Made by a program: the position numbers and the translations under genes
Shown here: piece after piece, positions 46,013 to 56,286 of the stretch
Numbering within the stretch: the first letter of the stretch is position 1
How the letters are laid out: every line of letters begins with the position of its first letter
Assembly: GCA_049652385.1 (NCBI GenBank)
Contig: JBASDX010000001.1
Span: 28,698 to 92,697 of the forward strand
From: Bacteroidales bacterium
Lineage (GTDB): Bacteria > Bacteroidota > Bacteroidia > Bacteroidales > UBA932
DNA: 64,000 nucleotides
Direction of reading: 5' to 3'
The notes under the pieces: generated by a model
What the model saw: the letters and a program-made list of their open reading frames with translations, nothing else
Databases searched by the model: none
Told to the model about the DNA's origin: nothing

Positions 46013-46755
46013 TGACTTTCTTCCGGCTTACGGATAAAAATCTTACAGACAGAATATTAAGAAAAGAAATACGTAAAACCTTTGGTTTTTGGCCAAAGAA
46101 GTTGGCGTATTATAAAACAGCCCTCACACATCGATCTGCCGCATCGCATGATTGCGAATCTAACGAACGTCTGGAGTTTTTGGGTGATGCTGTTTTAGGC
46201 ATGGTGGTAGGAGAAGCTGTTTACAACAGGTACTCCCATGCAGATGAAGGTTATTTGACACAAATGCGCTCCAAACTCGTAAGTCGTGATTCGTTGAACA
46301 GGATTGCTGTCAGCGCCGGCATACACGAGTGGCTTCTTGTAAAAGGGAAAGACGTCAACTCCCGCAACCTGGCCGGTAATATGTACGAAGCGTTGGCAGG
46401 CGCCATTTTCTTGGACATCGGTTTTAGAAAAAGTAAAAAGGTTTTGCTCAACCATTTGCTTTCGCATGTGGATTGGCAAGCATTGGAATGTACGGAAACA
46501 GATTTCAAATCCCGATTGGTAGAACGTTATCAGAAAAAAGGAAAAACACTTTCTTTCCACGTACAGATGCTCCCACAAAAACCGGGAAAGCAAGTATCTT
46601 TTCAAGCTCAAGTAGTTACGGATAGCAGTGTTTTGGGAACGGGCACAGGGTGTTCAAAAAAGGACGCTGAACAAGAAGCCTCCAGACAAGCCTGGATGAG
46701 TGAATGTAACAGAGTTGTTGTGACCTCGGAGGGATTCGAACCCTCGACCCAATGA
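46012..46755 (+). CDS. rnc: Ribonuclease III
   Basis: Has the ERLEFLGDAVL signature and a C-terminal dsRBD. The last codons run antisense into tRNA-Lys. Confidence 0.9.
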   Translation: MTFFRLTDKNLTDRILRKEIRKTFGFWPKKLAYYKTALTHRSAASHDCESNERLEFLGDAVLGMVVGEAVYNRYSHADEGYLTQMRSKLVSRDSLNRIAVSAGIHEWLLVKGKDVNSRNLAGNMYEALAGAIFLDIGFRKSKKVLLNHLLSHVDWQALECTETDFKSRLVERYQKKGKTLSFHVQMLPQKPGKQVSFQAQVVTDSSVLGTGTGCSKKDAEQEASRQAWMSECNRVVVTSEGFEPSTQ

Positions 46756-46793
46756 TTAAGAGTCATTTGCTCTACCACCTGAGCTACGAAGTC
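46721..46793 (-). tRNA. tRNA-Lys (anticodon CUU)
   Basis: Hand-folded cloverleaf: acceptor GACTTCG/CGAGGTC, D arm GCTC..GAGC, anticodon stem AATGA/TCATT with loop CTCTTAA, and T arm GAGGG-TTCGAAT-CCCTC. 73 nt; no encoded CCA. Confidence 0.9.
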
Positions 46794-46822
46794 AAAAGAG
46801 GTTGCAAAGGTACAAATCTTTC

Positions 46823-48160
46823 TTATTGCTGCAATACGGCGTACGTAATCCGGATATACGGAGGCCTGTCGGACAGGTTTCCATTTAGCAGCGTATTGCG
46901 GTATGTGAAGTTGTCCACTTCATATACTTCTCCCTGATTGGTACTGTAGGAAAACGTAGGTAAGATCCAAAGGTTGTCCTTTTCTGTAAAAGTATGCTTT
47001 TTGAGCAGTTCCTGAATGTAAGAAGTAATTTCAAAGGTGTATTCCCAATGGGTCCTGTTCATGGTACCGCCGTGATTTTCCTGGTTAATTTCACGCAACG
47101 GTCTGTAGTATATCAAAGTGTCGTTATCCGACAAAGTACAGGGAAATAATTGAGTTGGAGCATTGTTTGCCGCATGGTAGTCACCATCTGCCGGAATGGC
47201 TACCGGCATGATAAGCTGCGCTCTGGATACGAGCAGCTGTCCGGTTTGTACAGGCGGTGTCTGTTGGGCACCCCAGGCTTTGATTTGTGCTGATAAAGCT
47301 GCCGCGTCCAGGCAGGGTTTTACGCCGGCCAGACCTTCATAATACAAAGTAGAGGCCGGTTCTTTTGTTGCCAGGTGGGATGATTCGTGCGTAGATATAT
47401 TATAATAGGTATTGTAAATATTGAAGAAATAAGTAAGCAGGCTGTCGCCGCCTTCCGATTTGTAATTAATATATACATTCGCCTCTTCAATGTCCAGGTA
47501 ATTAATCCTGCCTCCGGGTACGGTCCCTTTATAAGGTTCCGTGGCAAAGTAAAGTCCTTTAAACCGCTTGGCGAATTCATCCGGGTTGACCCGTTCTGCA
47601 GAATCTGCCTGCAGCAATTCGTAGGCAAAAGATTCTTTGAACTCCAGGTACAGCGTGTCGCCTCCCATATAGATATAGCCCGGCTTGTTTACGGGAACCG
47701 GGTCTATAAAATCTTCCGAGAAAGAATTGTGGTAAATGCTTAAATGGTCCAGATCTTTTACCAGTTTGTACACGTATACGTTTTGCGGTATGTACCTTTC
47801 TTGTGTCTGGAAAATGGTAAAACCGCTCAAGGGAATGTGTACGTACATTTTCTTAACCTCAGGGTCTTTACCGTATGTTGTTTGGTAAGAGTAGGGGGCT
47901 ATCTGGATAACAGAAGCACTTGTTGTTGTTCCAAAAAACGGTGTGTTCAGCGACCCGAACTCTATATACGGGGGTGAAGACATGTTCAGGCTGTCTGCAA
48001 CGGCCGTAAACATAGGCGCTTCAAAATCTGCCGTATAAATATGGATGATTTGGTTGACGGGTAACAAATCCGATCCCATACGGTTATCTACCGTGATACA
48101 GGAGGTGATATGTATAAAGAAAAAAGCAGCCGGAATAAAGCTGCGGAGTCTTAACTTCAT
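46823..48160 (-). CDS. DUF4270-family lipoprotein
   Basis: 445 aa. Lipobox is HITSC. Sits in the usual Bacteroidota position next to the short glycogen-synthase-like gene. Confidence 0.6.
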   Translation of the reverse strand: MKLRLRSFIPAAFFFIHITSCITVDNRMGSDLLPVNQIIHIYTADFEAPMFTAVADSLNMSSPPYIEFGSLNTPFFGTTTSASVIQIAPYSYQTTYGKDPEVKKMYVHIPLSGFTIFQTQERYIPQNVYVYKLVKDLDHLSIYHNSFSEDFIDPVPVNKPGYIYMGGDTLYLEFKESFAYELLQADSAERVNPDEFAKRFKGLYFATEPYKGTVPGGRINYLDIEEANVYINYKSEGGDSLLTYFFNIYNTYYNISTHESSHLATKEPASTLYYEGLAGVKPCLDAAALSAQIKAWGAQQTPPVQTGQLLVSRAQLIMPVAIPADGDYHAANNAPTQLFPCTLSDNDTLIYYRPLREINQENHGGTMNRTHWEYTFEITSYIQELLKKHTFTEKDNLWILPTFSYSTNQGEVYEVDNFTYRNTLLNGNLSDRPPYIRITYAVLQQ

Positions 48161-48984
48161 TTGATACCTGATATTTGGTCGTAAAAGTTGTTGTAATCAG
48201 AAAGGTATGTGCTGTCCGGTTCCAGCGGATTGACATAGGGCAGAACGGGTATGTCCCTCTCTTTGACGTATGCCTCCAGTTCCGTATCTATCTGAGGTGC
48301 GGCCATGATTATGCCGTCTGCATATTGGACGGCTGTTTTGGCTACGTGAAGTGCTGTGGGATTATCCAGCCATTCCATATCTTTTGTCTTTAAACCGGGT
48401 GCCATGGCTTTGGTACGCATAGCTGCGTTGAAAGATTCCTTAGAGAGGTCGTTGTACAGCGATACAACAACACGTGTATGACTGAAAAGCGGGTCGTCGC
48501 GGTACACTTTTTTGAGGTACATGGGAAGCAAATGGCTGAGCCAGCCGTGGCAATGTACCAAAGTGGGCTTCCAGCGCAGTTTTTTAACCGTTTCCAATAC
48601 TCCCCGGGCAAAGAATATGCTTCTTTCATCGTTGTCTTCAAAGAAAACTTCCTCTTCATTACGGTACAGGAGTCTTCTCTGGAAGTAATCTTCATTGTCG
48701 ATAAAATAAACCTGCATGCGGGCAGCTGAAATGGAAGCTACTTTAATAATAAGGGGACGGTCTATTTCATTTATGATGAGATTCATTCCTGAAAGACGGA
48801 TGACTTCATGAAGCTGGTTGCGACGTTCGTTGATACAGCCGTATTTAGGCATAAACAAACGTATTTCCCCACCTGTTTCTTGAATAGCCTGCGGCAGATG
48901 ACGGCCAATGTACGACATATCCGTCTGTGGCAGGAACGGGAAGATTTCTGAACTCACATAAAGGATTTTTTTAATTTTGGCCAT
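48157..48984 (-). CDS. Short glycogen/starch synthase-like glycosyltransferase (GT5 N-domain type)
   Basis: The start was set at MAKIKKILYVSSEIFPF, a typical GlgA N-terminus. Confidence 0.7.
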   Translation of the reverse strand: MAKIKKILYVSSEIFPFLPQTDMSYIGRHLPQAIQETGGEIRLFMPKYGCINERRNQLHEVIRLSGMNLIINEIDRPLIIKVASISAARMQVYFIDNEDYFQRRLLYRNEEEVFFEDNDERSIFFARGVLETVKKLRWKPTLVHCHGWLSHLLPMYLKKVYRDDPLFSHTRVVVSLYNDLSKESFNAAMRTKAMAPGLKTKDMEWLDNPTALHVAKTAVQYADGIIMAAPQIDTELEAYVKERDIPVLPYVNPLEPDSTYLSDYNNFYDQISGIK

Positions 48985-49058
48985 AATCTTTTTTCCTGTT
49001 AAAGCATACAAAGATAACAAAAATCTTATTCTTTTCCTTATCTTTGAAATCCTTCATT

Positions 49059-49949
49059 ATGTTACAGCAAGATAAAAGTATTATCAATCAGCAACTTGTG
49101 CAGTCTTACTTATCTTCTGTCATAAGTATTGCGCTGGTGTTGCTTCTGATTGGAATTACCGGTCTTCTGGCCATCCATGCACGTACGGTTACTGATTATT
49201 TCAAAGAACACCTGGGCGTCACCGTCATCTTGGAGCAGCAGACCAAAGATGCTGATTCTACGTTGTTGGTCAAACAATTACTGGCTGTACCATATGCCCG
49301 GAAAGCCGTGCGCGATGCCTATTTTATAGCGCGGGACAGGGGGGCTATTGAAATGGAGGAGCTTTTGGGGGCAGGATTTCTGGATGTTTTTGAATACAAT
49401 CCCTTACCGGCTTCTGTAGAATTGAAACTGCGGGCAGCTTACGTTCACAACGACAGCATAGCATGTTTGGAACAAAGTCTATTGAGGCTTCCTTTTGTGG
49501 AAGAAGTCACGTACCAGGCCCCCGTTGTTTCTTTAATCAACAGGAATCTAAAGAATCTGGGCTGGATATTGGGTTCCGTAACGTTGGTGTTGCTGATCAT
49601 ATCGTTTGCCTTGATACACAACACCATCAGACTTTCAGTGTATGCCCGTCGTTTTACCATTTATACCATGCGGTTGGTAGGCGCAACCAAAAGGTTTATA
49701 AGAAGACCGTTTATGGTGCAAGCCGCGATACAGGGGTTTTTGTCTGCTCTATTGGCTATTTTGCTGCTTATGGGGGGGCTGTATGCATTGCAACGTGAAT
49801 TTCCGGATATTTTGATGTTCATTTCCAGGGAAGTATTTTTGGTCGTTTTGGGCGTCATGATGGTAACGGGGATTGTGTTGTGCCGGTTATCTACTTTTTT
49901 TGTTGTAAACCGGGTGGTAAAATTGAAATCTTCTGCCTTTTATTATTAA
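49059..49949 (+). CDS. ftsX: FtsX-like cell-division permease
   Basis: One N-terminal TM, a periplasmic loop and three C-terminal TM segments. A TATCTTTG box lies at 49039-49046. Confidence 0.75.
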   Translation: MLQQDKSIINQQLVQSYLSSVISIALVLLLIGITGLLAIHARTVTDYFKEHLGVTVILEQQTKDADSTLLVKQLLAVPYARKAVRDAYFIARDRGAIEMEELLGAGFLDVFEYNPLPASVELKLRAAYVHNDSIACLEQSLLRLPFVEEVTYQAPVVSLINRNLKNLGWILGSVTLVLLIISFALIHNTIRLSVYARRFTIYTMRLVGATKRFIRRPFMVQAAIQGFLSALLAILLLMGGLYALQREFPDILMFISREVFLVVLGVMMVTGIVLCRLSTFFVVNRVVKLKSSAFYY

Positions 49950-50230
49950 TGATTATGAAGAAACACAAGATGCATAAAAAAGAAACGGAAGAAAAATTGG
50001 CACTGCCAAAAAGAAACGTATGGATGCTGGCAGCTGCTCTGGCCGTTATAGTAGTGGGATTTGTTTTGATGGCCGGAGGAGGCTCCAAAGACCCTGAAAT
50101 ATTTACCGGCCAGGCACTTTTTAATTTTAGGAGGATGGTAGTGGCGCCTATACTCGTGTGCGGAGGTTTTGTATATGGGGTTGTCGCCATTATGCGTATA
50201 AAGAAAAAGAAGGACGATGAACGCGCTTGA
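49949..50230 (+). CDS. DUF3098-like small membrane protein
   Basis: About 93 aa with two TM helices. The start overlaps the ftsX stop (TAATG). Confidence 0.55.
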   Translation: MIMKKHKMHKKETEEKLALPKRNVWMLAAALAVIVVGFVLMAGGGSKDPEIFTGQALFNFRRMVVAPILVCGGFVYGVVAIMRIKKKKDDERA

Positions 50231-51020
50231 AGCCTTTCTTTTAGGTCTTGTACAGGGATTAACAGAATTTTTGCCGGTCAGCAGCAGCGGTCATCTGCTT
50301 ATTGGCAAAGTGTTGTTTGGGATTGAGTTGGAGAATGCCTCTTTTGAAATTATTGTACATATAGCAACGGCTCTGAGCATTGTGGTAGTCTTTGGAAAAC
50401 AGATATGGGAGATGGTGGCGGATACGGTGCGTTTTCGGAAAACAGAGGCCTCGGCGCTTACCTGGCGTATTTTGCTTTCTGCCTTGCCGGTTCTTGTGGT
50501 AGGATTGTTTTTCAAAGATAAGGTAGAGATTTTTTTCACGGCAAAAGGGGCAAAGGTGGTAGGCTGGATGTTGCTGCTGACGGCTTGTTTGCTGGGTTTG
50601 TCCCAATGGCTTTCCGTACGAAGGCAACAAACAGGCAAGACACACCCCATCCGCTTTATAGATGCGTTTGTCATTGGCATGGCTCAGGCTTGTGCCGTCA
50701 TGCCGGGTCTTTCCCGTTCCGGAGCCACCATTGCCACCGGTTTGATATTGGGGGTTGAGAAAGACAAGGTAGCTCCCTTTTCTTTTTTAATGGTATTGAT
50801 ACCCATTTTGGGACAAGCTTTTTTAGGGATAGCAGGCGGAGAGTTCACACCTGCTGCAACAGGGCTTTCCGTGACAGCTATGGCCGTTGGTTTTGTAACG
50901 GCCTTTGCGTCGGGGTGGCTGGCTTGCCGATTTATGCTGGCTCTGATTCGTAAAAGGAAACTTACCTGGTTTGCCGTATATTGTTTTGTGGTCGGTCTGG
51001 TTGCTGTGTTGTTCCTTTGA
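50217..51020 (+). CDS. uppP: Undecaprenyl-diphosphate phosphatase
   Basis: LVQGLTEFLPVSSSGHL and PGLSRSGATI motifs. Confidence 0.95.
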   Translation: MNALEAFLLGLVQGLTEFLPVSSSGHLLIGKVLFGIELENASFEIIVHIATALSIVVVFGKQIWEMVADTVRFRKTEASALTWRILLSALPVLVVGLFFKDKVEIFFTAKGAKVVGWMLLLTACLLGLSQWLSVRRQQTGKTHPIRFIDAFVIGMAQACAVMPGLSRSGATIATGLILGVEKDKVAPFSFLMVLIPILGQAFLGIAGGEFTPAATGLSVTAMAVGFVTAFASGWLACRFMLALIRKRKLTWFAVYCFVVGLVAVLFL

Positions 51021-51022
51021 TT

Positions 51023-51808
51023 ATGGAAAAAACAGGAAATTATTATTTTGTTGCCGACGTGCACCTGGGCTTGAAAGTAGGTGATCCCGCTGAAAGGGAA
51101 AAGCGTTTTGTGGCTTTTTTGGAAAGATTGGAAAAAGGTACACGGGGTTTGTTCCTGCTGGGAGATATTTTTGATTTTTGGTATGAATACAAATACGTAA
51201 TCCCGAGAGGTTTTACACGCGTATTGGGGGCTTTGGCCCGGGTAACGGACAGGGGCATTCCCGTTCACTTTTTCCCGGGAAATCACGATTTGTGGACGTT
51301 CGGATACCTGGAAGAGGAATTGGGCATACAGGTGCACAGGGACGCTTTGTTCGTCCGGCTGGGTGGAAAAAATTTTCTGTTGGGACACGGTCACAGAATG
51401 GGGAAATACCCTTTCAGAAGCCGGATGTTGCACAATATGTTTCACAACCGTTTCTTGCAGAGGCTTTTCAGCATGCTGCACCCCCGTCTGGCTTATGCAT
51501 TGGCGGAGAGATGGTCTGTATGTAACCGGAATAACGGAGCTTCAAGGCACGTTTTTAAAGGTGTGGAAGAGGCTACGTACCGGTTTGCAACAACTTATGA
51601 AAAATCCATAGATTATTGCATAACGGGTCATTTGCATACCGCTGCGCGGCTGTCTTTGCCGGCAGGAGGAGAATGGATTGTTTTGGAAGACTGGCTTTCA
51701 ACGGACGACAACCCGGGTGCCGTAAGGGGAGATATTGGGGTCTTTGGGGGGACCGAACAAGGAAAAGTAGAGGTAGTAAAAGCGTCCGTCATGGTACATC
51801 AGGACTAA
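51023..51808 (+). CDS. lpxH: UDP-2,3-diacylglucosamine diphosphatase
   Basis: Calcineurin-like motifs: FVADVHLG, LLGDIFDFWYEY, GNHD, GHGH. Confidence 0.85.
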   Translation: MEKTGNYYFVADVHLGLKVGDPAEREKRFVAFLERLEKGTRGLFLLGDIFDFWYEYKYVIPRGFTRVLGALARVTDRGIPVHFFPGNHDLWTFGYLEEELGIQVHRDALFVRLGGKNFLLGHGHRMGKYPFRSRMLHNMFHNRFLQRLFSMLHPRLAYALAERWSVCNRNNGASRHVFKGVEEATYRFATTYEKSIDYCITGHLHTAARLSLPAGGEWIVLEDWLSTDDNPGAVRGDIGVFGGTEQGKVEVVKASVMVHQD

Positions 51809-52444
51809 TTCTTCCAACAGTTTGTCTTCGCCGTATTTATCGTAAGGTTTCTTCATATCGGCACCAAAGATGCGTGCCACTCCCTGCCAGAAAGAGGCCG
51901 TAAGGCCGCCTCGGTAACTTTTTACTACCGCAAAAGAAGTCATGCCTATTTCCCGATCAATGAGCCGCAGCAGCATACGACCCTGGGAAAACGTGAGTTT
52001 ACGCAAAGGCGCTTCAAACTCGGCAAAGAGTTCCCGCTCCGTTTTAGCCAGGAACTGCTCTTTTTCGCGCGCAGTAAACTTTCGGGAAGCCAGGATGCTG
52101 TCGGCTTTGTCCAGCCGGACACGGGCTTGCAGAGCGTACGGATAGGCTTTTGCAAAATTATGGACAACCAGATAAAATTCCCTCCACTCCCTGTCCTTTT
52201 TTCTCTTGTCCCGGGAGAAAATATGTAAAGGGGGGATAGAAGACACAAATAAAGTATCTCCGTCTTCTATGACATAACCCATGACATAGCCCTGCAGCCC
52301 TTTTTCCGGATTGTCTTTTTGCTGCTGACGGACTGTTTCTAAAGGCCCGGTAACAGAGGCCGGCTTACGCACGTCTTGAGCCGTTAGCGAAAGTGCAGAC
52401 AGAAATAATAAGAAAAGAGGCAGGTAGAGCCGATGCATTTTCAT
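51698..52444 (-). CDS. DUF4294-like secreted protein
   Basis: The start was set at MKMHRLYLPLFLLFLSALSLTAQ. Has a basic, KR-rich central region. Confidence 0.55.
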   Translation of the reverse strand: MKMHRLYLPLFLLFLSALSLTAQDVRKPASVTGPLETVRQQQKDNPEKGLQGYVMGYVIEDGDTLFVSSIPPLHIFSRDKRKKDREWREFYLVVHNFAKAYPYALQARVRLDKADSILASRKFTAREKEQFLAKTERELFAEFEAPLRKLTFSQGRMLLRLIDREIGMTSFAVVKSYRGGLTASFWQGVARIFGADMKKPYDKYGEDKLLEELVLMYHDGRFYYLYFSLFGPPKDPNISPYGTRVVVR

Positions 52445-52496
52445 GGTAACTTTTAACAAAAGTAACAAAATAGGCATTATTATATATATTTACAGA

Positions 52497-53555
52497 ATGA
52501 AACTGATTTTACTGATAGGCTTGCTGACACAAGCTTTTTTGACAGACTCTCTGGACAGGAGGGTGGAACAATTGCACGATGTAATTATATCTATAGACAC
52601 GCATAACGATTTTGCCGTCAATAATGCTTTTCCCGGCATGGAAAGGACGGTGGCTCAAGGTCAGGTTTCTTTTGAACTGATGAAAAAAGGGCGTCTGGAC
52701 GGGGCCTTTTTTGCTGCTTATCAGGCACAGGGGCCTTGTACGAAAGAGGCCCACGAACACGCAAAAATTTATGCCGATAGTATGTTGTTGGCTTTGCACC
52801 GGTATGCGGCGGAACACGAGGACCTGGGTGCAGTAGCATATACGGCAGACGATGTGAAAGCCCTGAAAAGACAAGGGAAGGCTGCCATATTGCTGTCTAT
52901 AGAAAATGCGTACTGCCTGGGAGAGGATATTTCCCTGGTGAAACATTATTACGATCTGGGTGTCCGGATGATCGGCCTTACCCATAACGGAGATAATTGT
53001 ATAGCAGATGCTGCTACGGATACAACCCGGACCCACGGCGGGCTATCACCTTTTGGACGGGATGTCATCAAAGAAATGAACCGATTGGGGATCATTGTGG
53101 ATGTATCACATGCCTCGCGCGAGTCTTGCCTGCAAGTAGTGGAATGGAGCAAAACGCCTGTCATGGCCAGCCATTCCGGGGTATATGCCTTAAAGCCCAT
53201 TCCCAGGAATCTGACAGACAAAGAAATCATAGCCATTGCTGAAAAAGGCGGTCTGATACAAGTATCTATAGGAAGGTATTTCTTGTCCACGCTCCCAAAA
53301 GCAGAGGTAGGTATTTCCCACTTGATGGAGCATATCAATTATGTAGTTGATCTTGTGGGTATAGACCATGTGGGAATTGGCAGCGATTTTGACGGTGGCG
53401 GAGGTATAGTGGGTGTGGAAGATATGGGTAAGATGAAAGCTATTACCCGGGCTTTACTGGAAGAGGGATATACTTCTGAAGAAATTGGGAAATTATGGGG
53501 GGACAATGTTTTGCGCGTGATGGAGGCGGCTCGTACATACGCGGAAAGTTTTTAA
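52497..53555 (+). CDS. Membrane dipeptidase (M19 family)
   Basis: IDTHND and LTHNGDN motifs. Has a signal peptide. Confidence 0.85.
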   Translation: MKLILLIGLLTQAFLTDSLDRRVEQLHDVIISIDTHNDFAVNNAFPGMERTVAQGQVSFELMKKGRLDGAFFAAYQAQGPCTKEAHEHAKIYADSMLLALHRYAAEHEDLGAVAYTADDVKALKRQGKAAILLSIENAYCLGEDISLVKHYYDLGVRMIGLTHNGDNCIADAATDTTRTHGGLSPFGRDVIKEMNRLGIIVDVSHASRESCLQVVEWSKTPVMASHSGVYALKPIPRNLTDKEIIAIAEKGGLIQVSIGRYFLSTLPKAEVGISHLMEHINYVVDLVGIDHVGIGSDFDGGGGIVGVEDMGKMKAITRALLEEGYTSEEIGKLWGDNVLRVMEAARTYAESF

Positions 53556-53584
53556 CAATTTCCCCATTCTTTTGTTCGTAAATT

Positions 53585-53615
53585 TTTGTAAATCAGAAAT
53601 TAAGTTCTATCTTTG
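53585..53615 (+). promoter_or_regulatory. Bacteroidota-type promoter (TTTG-N19-TATCTTTG) ahead of rplP
   Basis: TTTG lies at 53585-53588 and TATCTTTG at 53608-53615. This matches the TTTG/TAnnTTTG consensus and spacing. Confidence 0.5.
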
Positions 53616-53743
53616 CAACCCGCAATTTTAGGGAAAGTGTGCCTTAACAATTTGCGGATCAAGGGGTTGCGTTTGTAGCCCCGGGTAAAAATGCACCGAA
53701 GCAACAATACATATTTACGTTACGTTAAACGTTAGGAAAAACA

Positions 53744-54163
53744 ATGTTACAACCTAAAAAAACCAAATTCAGAAGGCAACAGAAAGGCCGCATGAAAGGT
53801 ATGGCCCAAAGGGGAAACCAACTTGCTTTTGGGTCATTCGGAATCAAGGCTACGGAATCTTGCTGGCTGACCGGACGTCAGATAGAAGCTGCACGTCAGG
53901 CAGTTACACGTTACATGAAACGTGAGGGACAGCTTTGGATTCGTGTATTCCCTGACAAGCCTTATACAAAAAAACCTGCTGAAGTACGTATGGGTAAAGG
54001 GAAAGGTTCTCCGGAAGGATTTGTCTGTCCCGTGACACCCGGCAGACTTTTGCTGGAGGTAGAAGGTGTTCCCTATGAAGTAGCCAAGGAAGCCCTTAGA
54101 CTGGGTGCCCAGAAACTGCCTATTGTTACCAAGTTTGTGGTACGTAGAGATTATGAAGAATAA
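53744..54163 (+). CDS. rplP: 50S ribosomal protein L16
   Basis: [19 protein letters not shown]... Confidence 0.97.
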   Translation: MLQPKKTKFRRQQKGRMKGMAQRGNQLAFGSFGIKATESCWLTGRQIEAARQAVTRYMKREGQLWIRVFPDKPYTKKPAEVRMGKGKGSPEGFVCPVTPGRLLLEVEGVPYEVAKEALRLGAQKLPIVTKFVVRRDYEE

Positions 54164-54175
54164 AGTTTAACAACA

Positions 54176-54376
54176 ATGAAAGCACCTGAAATACGCGAGT
54201 TATCTGAAAAAGATTTAATAGATCGTATTGAGGCGGAAAAAGCCAACTTGCTTCGTCTTAAAATGAATCACGCCATCTCTCCTATAGATGACTTATCACA
54301 AATTAAGAAAGCACGCCGCACCATCGCACGGATGCTTACGATTTTAAGTACCGAAAAAAATGGAAAGAAATCTTAG
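54176..54376 (+). CDS. rpmC: 50S ribosomal protein L29
   Basis: Size, operon position and the ELR..S...L motif. Confidence 0.9.
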   Translation: MKAPEIRELSEKDLIDRIEAEKANLLRLKMNHAISPIDDLSQIKKARRTIARMLTILSTEKNGKKS

Positions 54377-54614
54377 AAAAGAAAGAATAGGACTGGTGGT
54401 CAGCAACAAAATGGATAAATCCATTGTGGTTGCTGTGAGAAGAAAAGTAAAACACCCCATATACGGCAAGTACGTAAACAAAACCACCAAGTTTGTAGCT
54501 CACGACGAGAACAACGAGTGCAGCGAAGGGGATACAGTACGCATTATGGAAACACGGCCTTTGAGCAAAACCAAATGCTGGCGTTTAGTAGAAATTATTG
54601 AAAAAGTTAAGTAG
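54360..54614 (+). CDS. rpsQ: 30S ribosomal protein S17
   Basis: [19 protein letters not shown]... Confidence 0.95.
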   Translation: MERNLRKERIGLVVSNKMDKSIVVAVRRKVKHPIYGKYVNKTTKFVAHDENNECSEGDTVRIMETRPLSKTKCWRLVEIIEKVK

Positions 54615-54616
54615 CC

Positions 54617-54985
54617 ATGATACAGCAAGAATCACGTTTACTGGTGGCTGACAACAGCGGTGCAAAGGAGGTTCTTTGTATTCGTGTTTTAGGCGGCACA
54701 AGACGTCGCTATGCCCGTATTGGCGATACTATCGTAGTAAGTGTCAAGAGTGCGGTCCCCGGTGGGGGAGATGCCAAAAAAGGTACTATTTCCAAAGCTG
54801 TGGTGGTAAGAACCAAAAAAGAAATCCGTCGTCCCGACGGTTCGTATATACGCTTTGATGACAACGCCTGTGTATTGCTGAATAATGCCGGCGAGTTGCG
54901 CGGTACGCGCATCTTTGGACCTGTTGCCCGCGAACTCAGGAGTAATTATATGAAAATTGTATCACTTGCCCCCGAGGTATTATAA
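54617..54985 (+). CDS. rplN: 50S ribosomal protein L14
   Basis: [18 protein letters not shown]... Confidence 0.97.
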   Translation: MIQQESRLLVADNSGAKEVLCIRVLGGTRRRYARIGDTIVVSVKSAVPGGGDAKKGTISKAVVVRTKKEIRRPDGSYIRFDDNACVLLNNAGELRGTRIFGPVARELRSNYMKIVSLAPEVL

Positions 54986-54997
54986 GAATTGTATGGT

Positions 54998-55321
54998 ATG
55001 AGCACAAAATTGCACATTAAGAAAGGAGATACGGTATACGTAAATACCGGGGAGGACAAAGGAAAGACCGGCAGGGTGCTGGAAGTACGGCCGGCCAAAC
55101 AAAGAGCTATTGTGGAAGGAGTGAATCTGATTAAAAAACACACTAAGCCTTCTGCAAAATATCCCCAGGGCGGCATTATAGAAAAAGAGGCCCCCGTCCA
55201 TATTTCCAATTTACAGGTAGTAGATCCTGTAAAAGGTGGTCCAACACGCATAGGACGCCGTTTGAACGATAAGGGAAAACTGGTACGTTATGCAAAAAAA
55301 TCGGGAGAGGAGATTAAATAA
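54998..55321 (+). CDS. rplX: 50S ribosomal protein L24
   Basis: [15 protein letters not shown]... Confidence 0.95.
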   Translation: MSTKLHIKKGDTVYVNTGEDKGKTGRVLEVRPAKQRAIVEGVNLIKKHTKPSAKYPQGGIIEKEAPVHISNLQVVDPVKGGPTRIGRRLNDKGKLVRYAKKSGEEIK

Positions 55322-55926
55322 TGGCAAAAGCAGAAAAAAAAGAACAGGCAACACCCGTGGTACCTAAAGGGTATATGCCGTCCCTGCACAAGAAATACAG
55401 AGAAGAGATCGTTCCCAAACTGATGAAGGAATTTGGGTACAAATCCGTCATGCAGGTTCCCCGGTTGGATAAGATTGTGCTGAACGAAGGCGTGGGAGCT
55501 GCCGTCGCAGATAAGAAACTGATTGAGATAGCGCAACAGGAATTGTCTTTGATAGCCGGACAAAAAGCCGTACAAACGGTATCCAGCAAAGACGTTTCCA
55601 ATTTTAAACTGCGTAGAGGCATGCCTATTGGCGTAAAAGTGACGTTGCGCGGTGCCAGGATGTATGAGTTTTTAGATCGTTTGATTGCCATTGCTTTGCC
55701 CCGCATCAGGGACTTCAACGGCATTGCTGAAAAATTTGACGGTCGCGGAAATTATACGTTGGGAATAAAGGAACAAATCATTTTCCCGGAAATTGACATA
55801 GACAAAATTTCCAGAATCATGGGTGTGGAAGTAACGTTTGTCACGAACACCAATGATGATAAGGAAGCTTATGCTTTGCTGAGGGAATTTGGATTACCGT
55901 TTAAGAACATAAAAAAAGTACAATAG
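55321..55926 (+). CDS. rplE: 50S ribosomal protein L5
   Basis: Operon position and the conserved [14 protein letters not shown]-type motif. Confidence 0.95.
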   Translation: MAKAEKKEQATPVVPKGYMPSLHKKYREEIVPKLMKEFGYKSVMQVPRLDKIVLNEGVGAAVADKKLIEIAQQELSLIAGQKAVQTVSSKDVSNFKLRRGMPIGVKVTLRGARMYEFLDRLIAIALPRIRDFNGIAEKFDGRGNYTLGIKEQIIFPEIDIDKISRIMGVEVTFVTNTNDDKEAYALLREFGLPFKNIKKVQ

Positions 55927-56196
55927 ATGGCAAAGGAATCAATGAAAGCCCGCGAAGTTAAGCGTGCCCGCATGGTAGCCAAATATGCAGAGAAGAGGCA
56001 AGCCTTGAAAGAGGCAGGTGACTGGACAGGTCTGGCAAAATTGCCCAGAAACTCCAGCCCTGTACGCATGCATAACCGTTGCTCCATTACAGGCAGGCCC
56101 AAAGGGTATATGCGTAAGTTTGGCCTTTCCCGTATTCAGTTCAGGGAAATGGCAAGCAAAGGCTTGATACCCGGGGTGCGTAAAGCAAGCTGGTAA
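55927..56196 (+). CDS. rpsN: 30S ribosomal protein S14
   Basis: [13 protein letters not shown]...[16 protein letters not shown]. Confidence 0.95.
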   Translation: MAKESMKAREVKRARMVAKYAEKRQALKEAGDWTGLAKLPRNSSPVRMHNRCSITGRPKGYMRKFGLSRIQFREMASKGLIPGVRKASW

Positions 56197-56286
56197 TTTA
56201 CGTCCGGTCGGAAGACCGGCAATACATATTTTTTATTGGATATCGGGCAATTTATTGTCGAAAACAAATTTTTAAAAACTTTTATC

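Noticed and set aside
50684-51481. 265-aa minus-strand ORF
   Set aside because: It is entirely antisense to the well-supported uppP and lpxH genes. Its composition is shadow-ORF-like.
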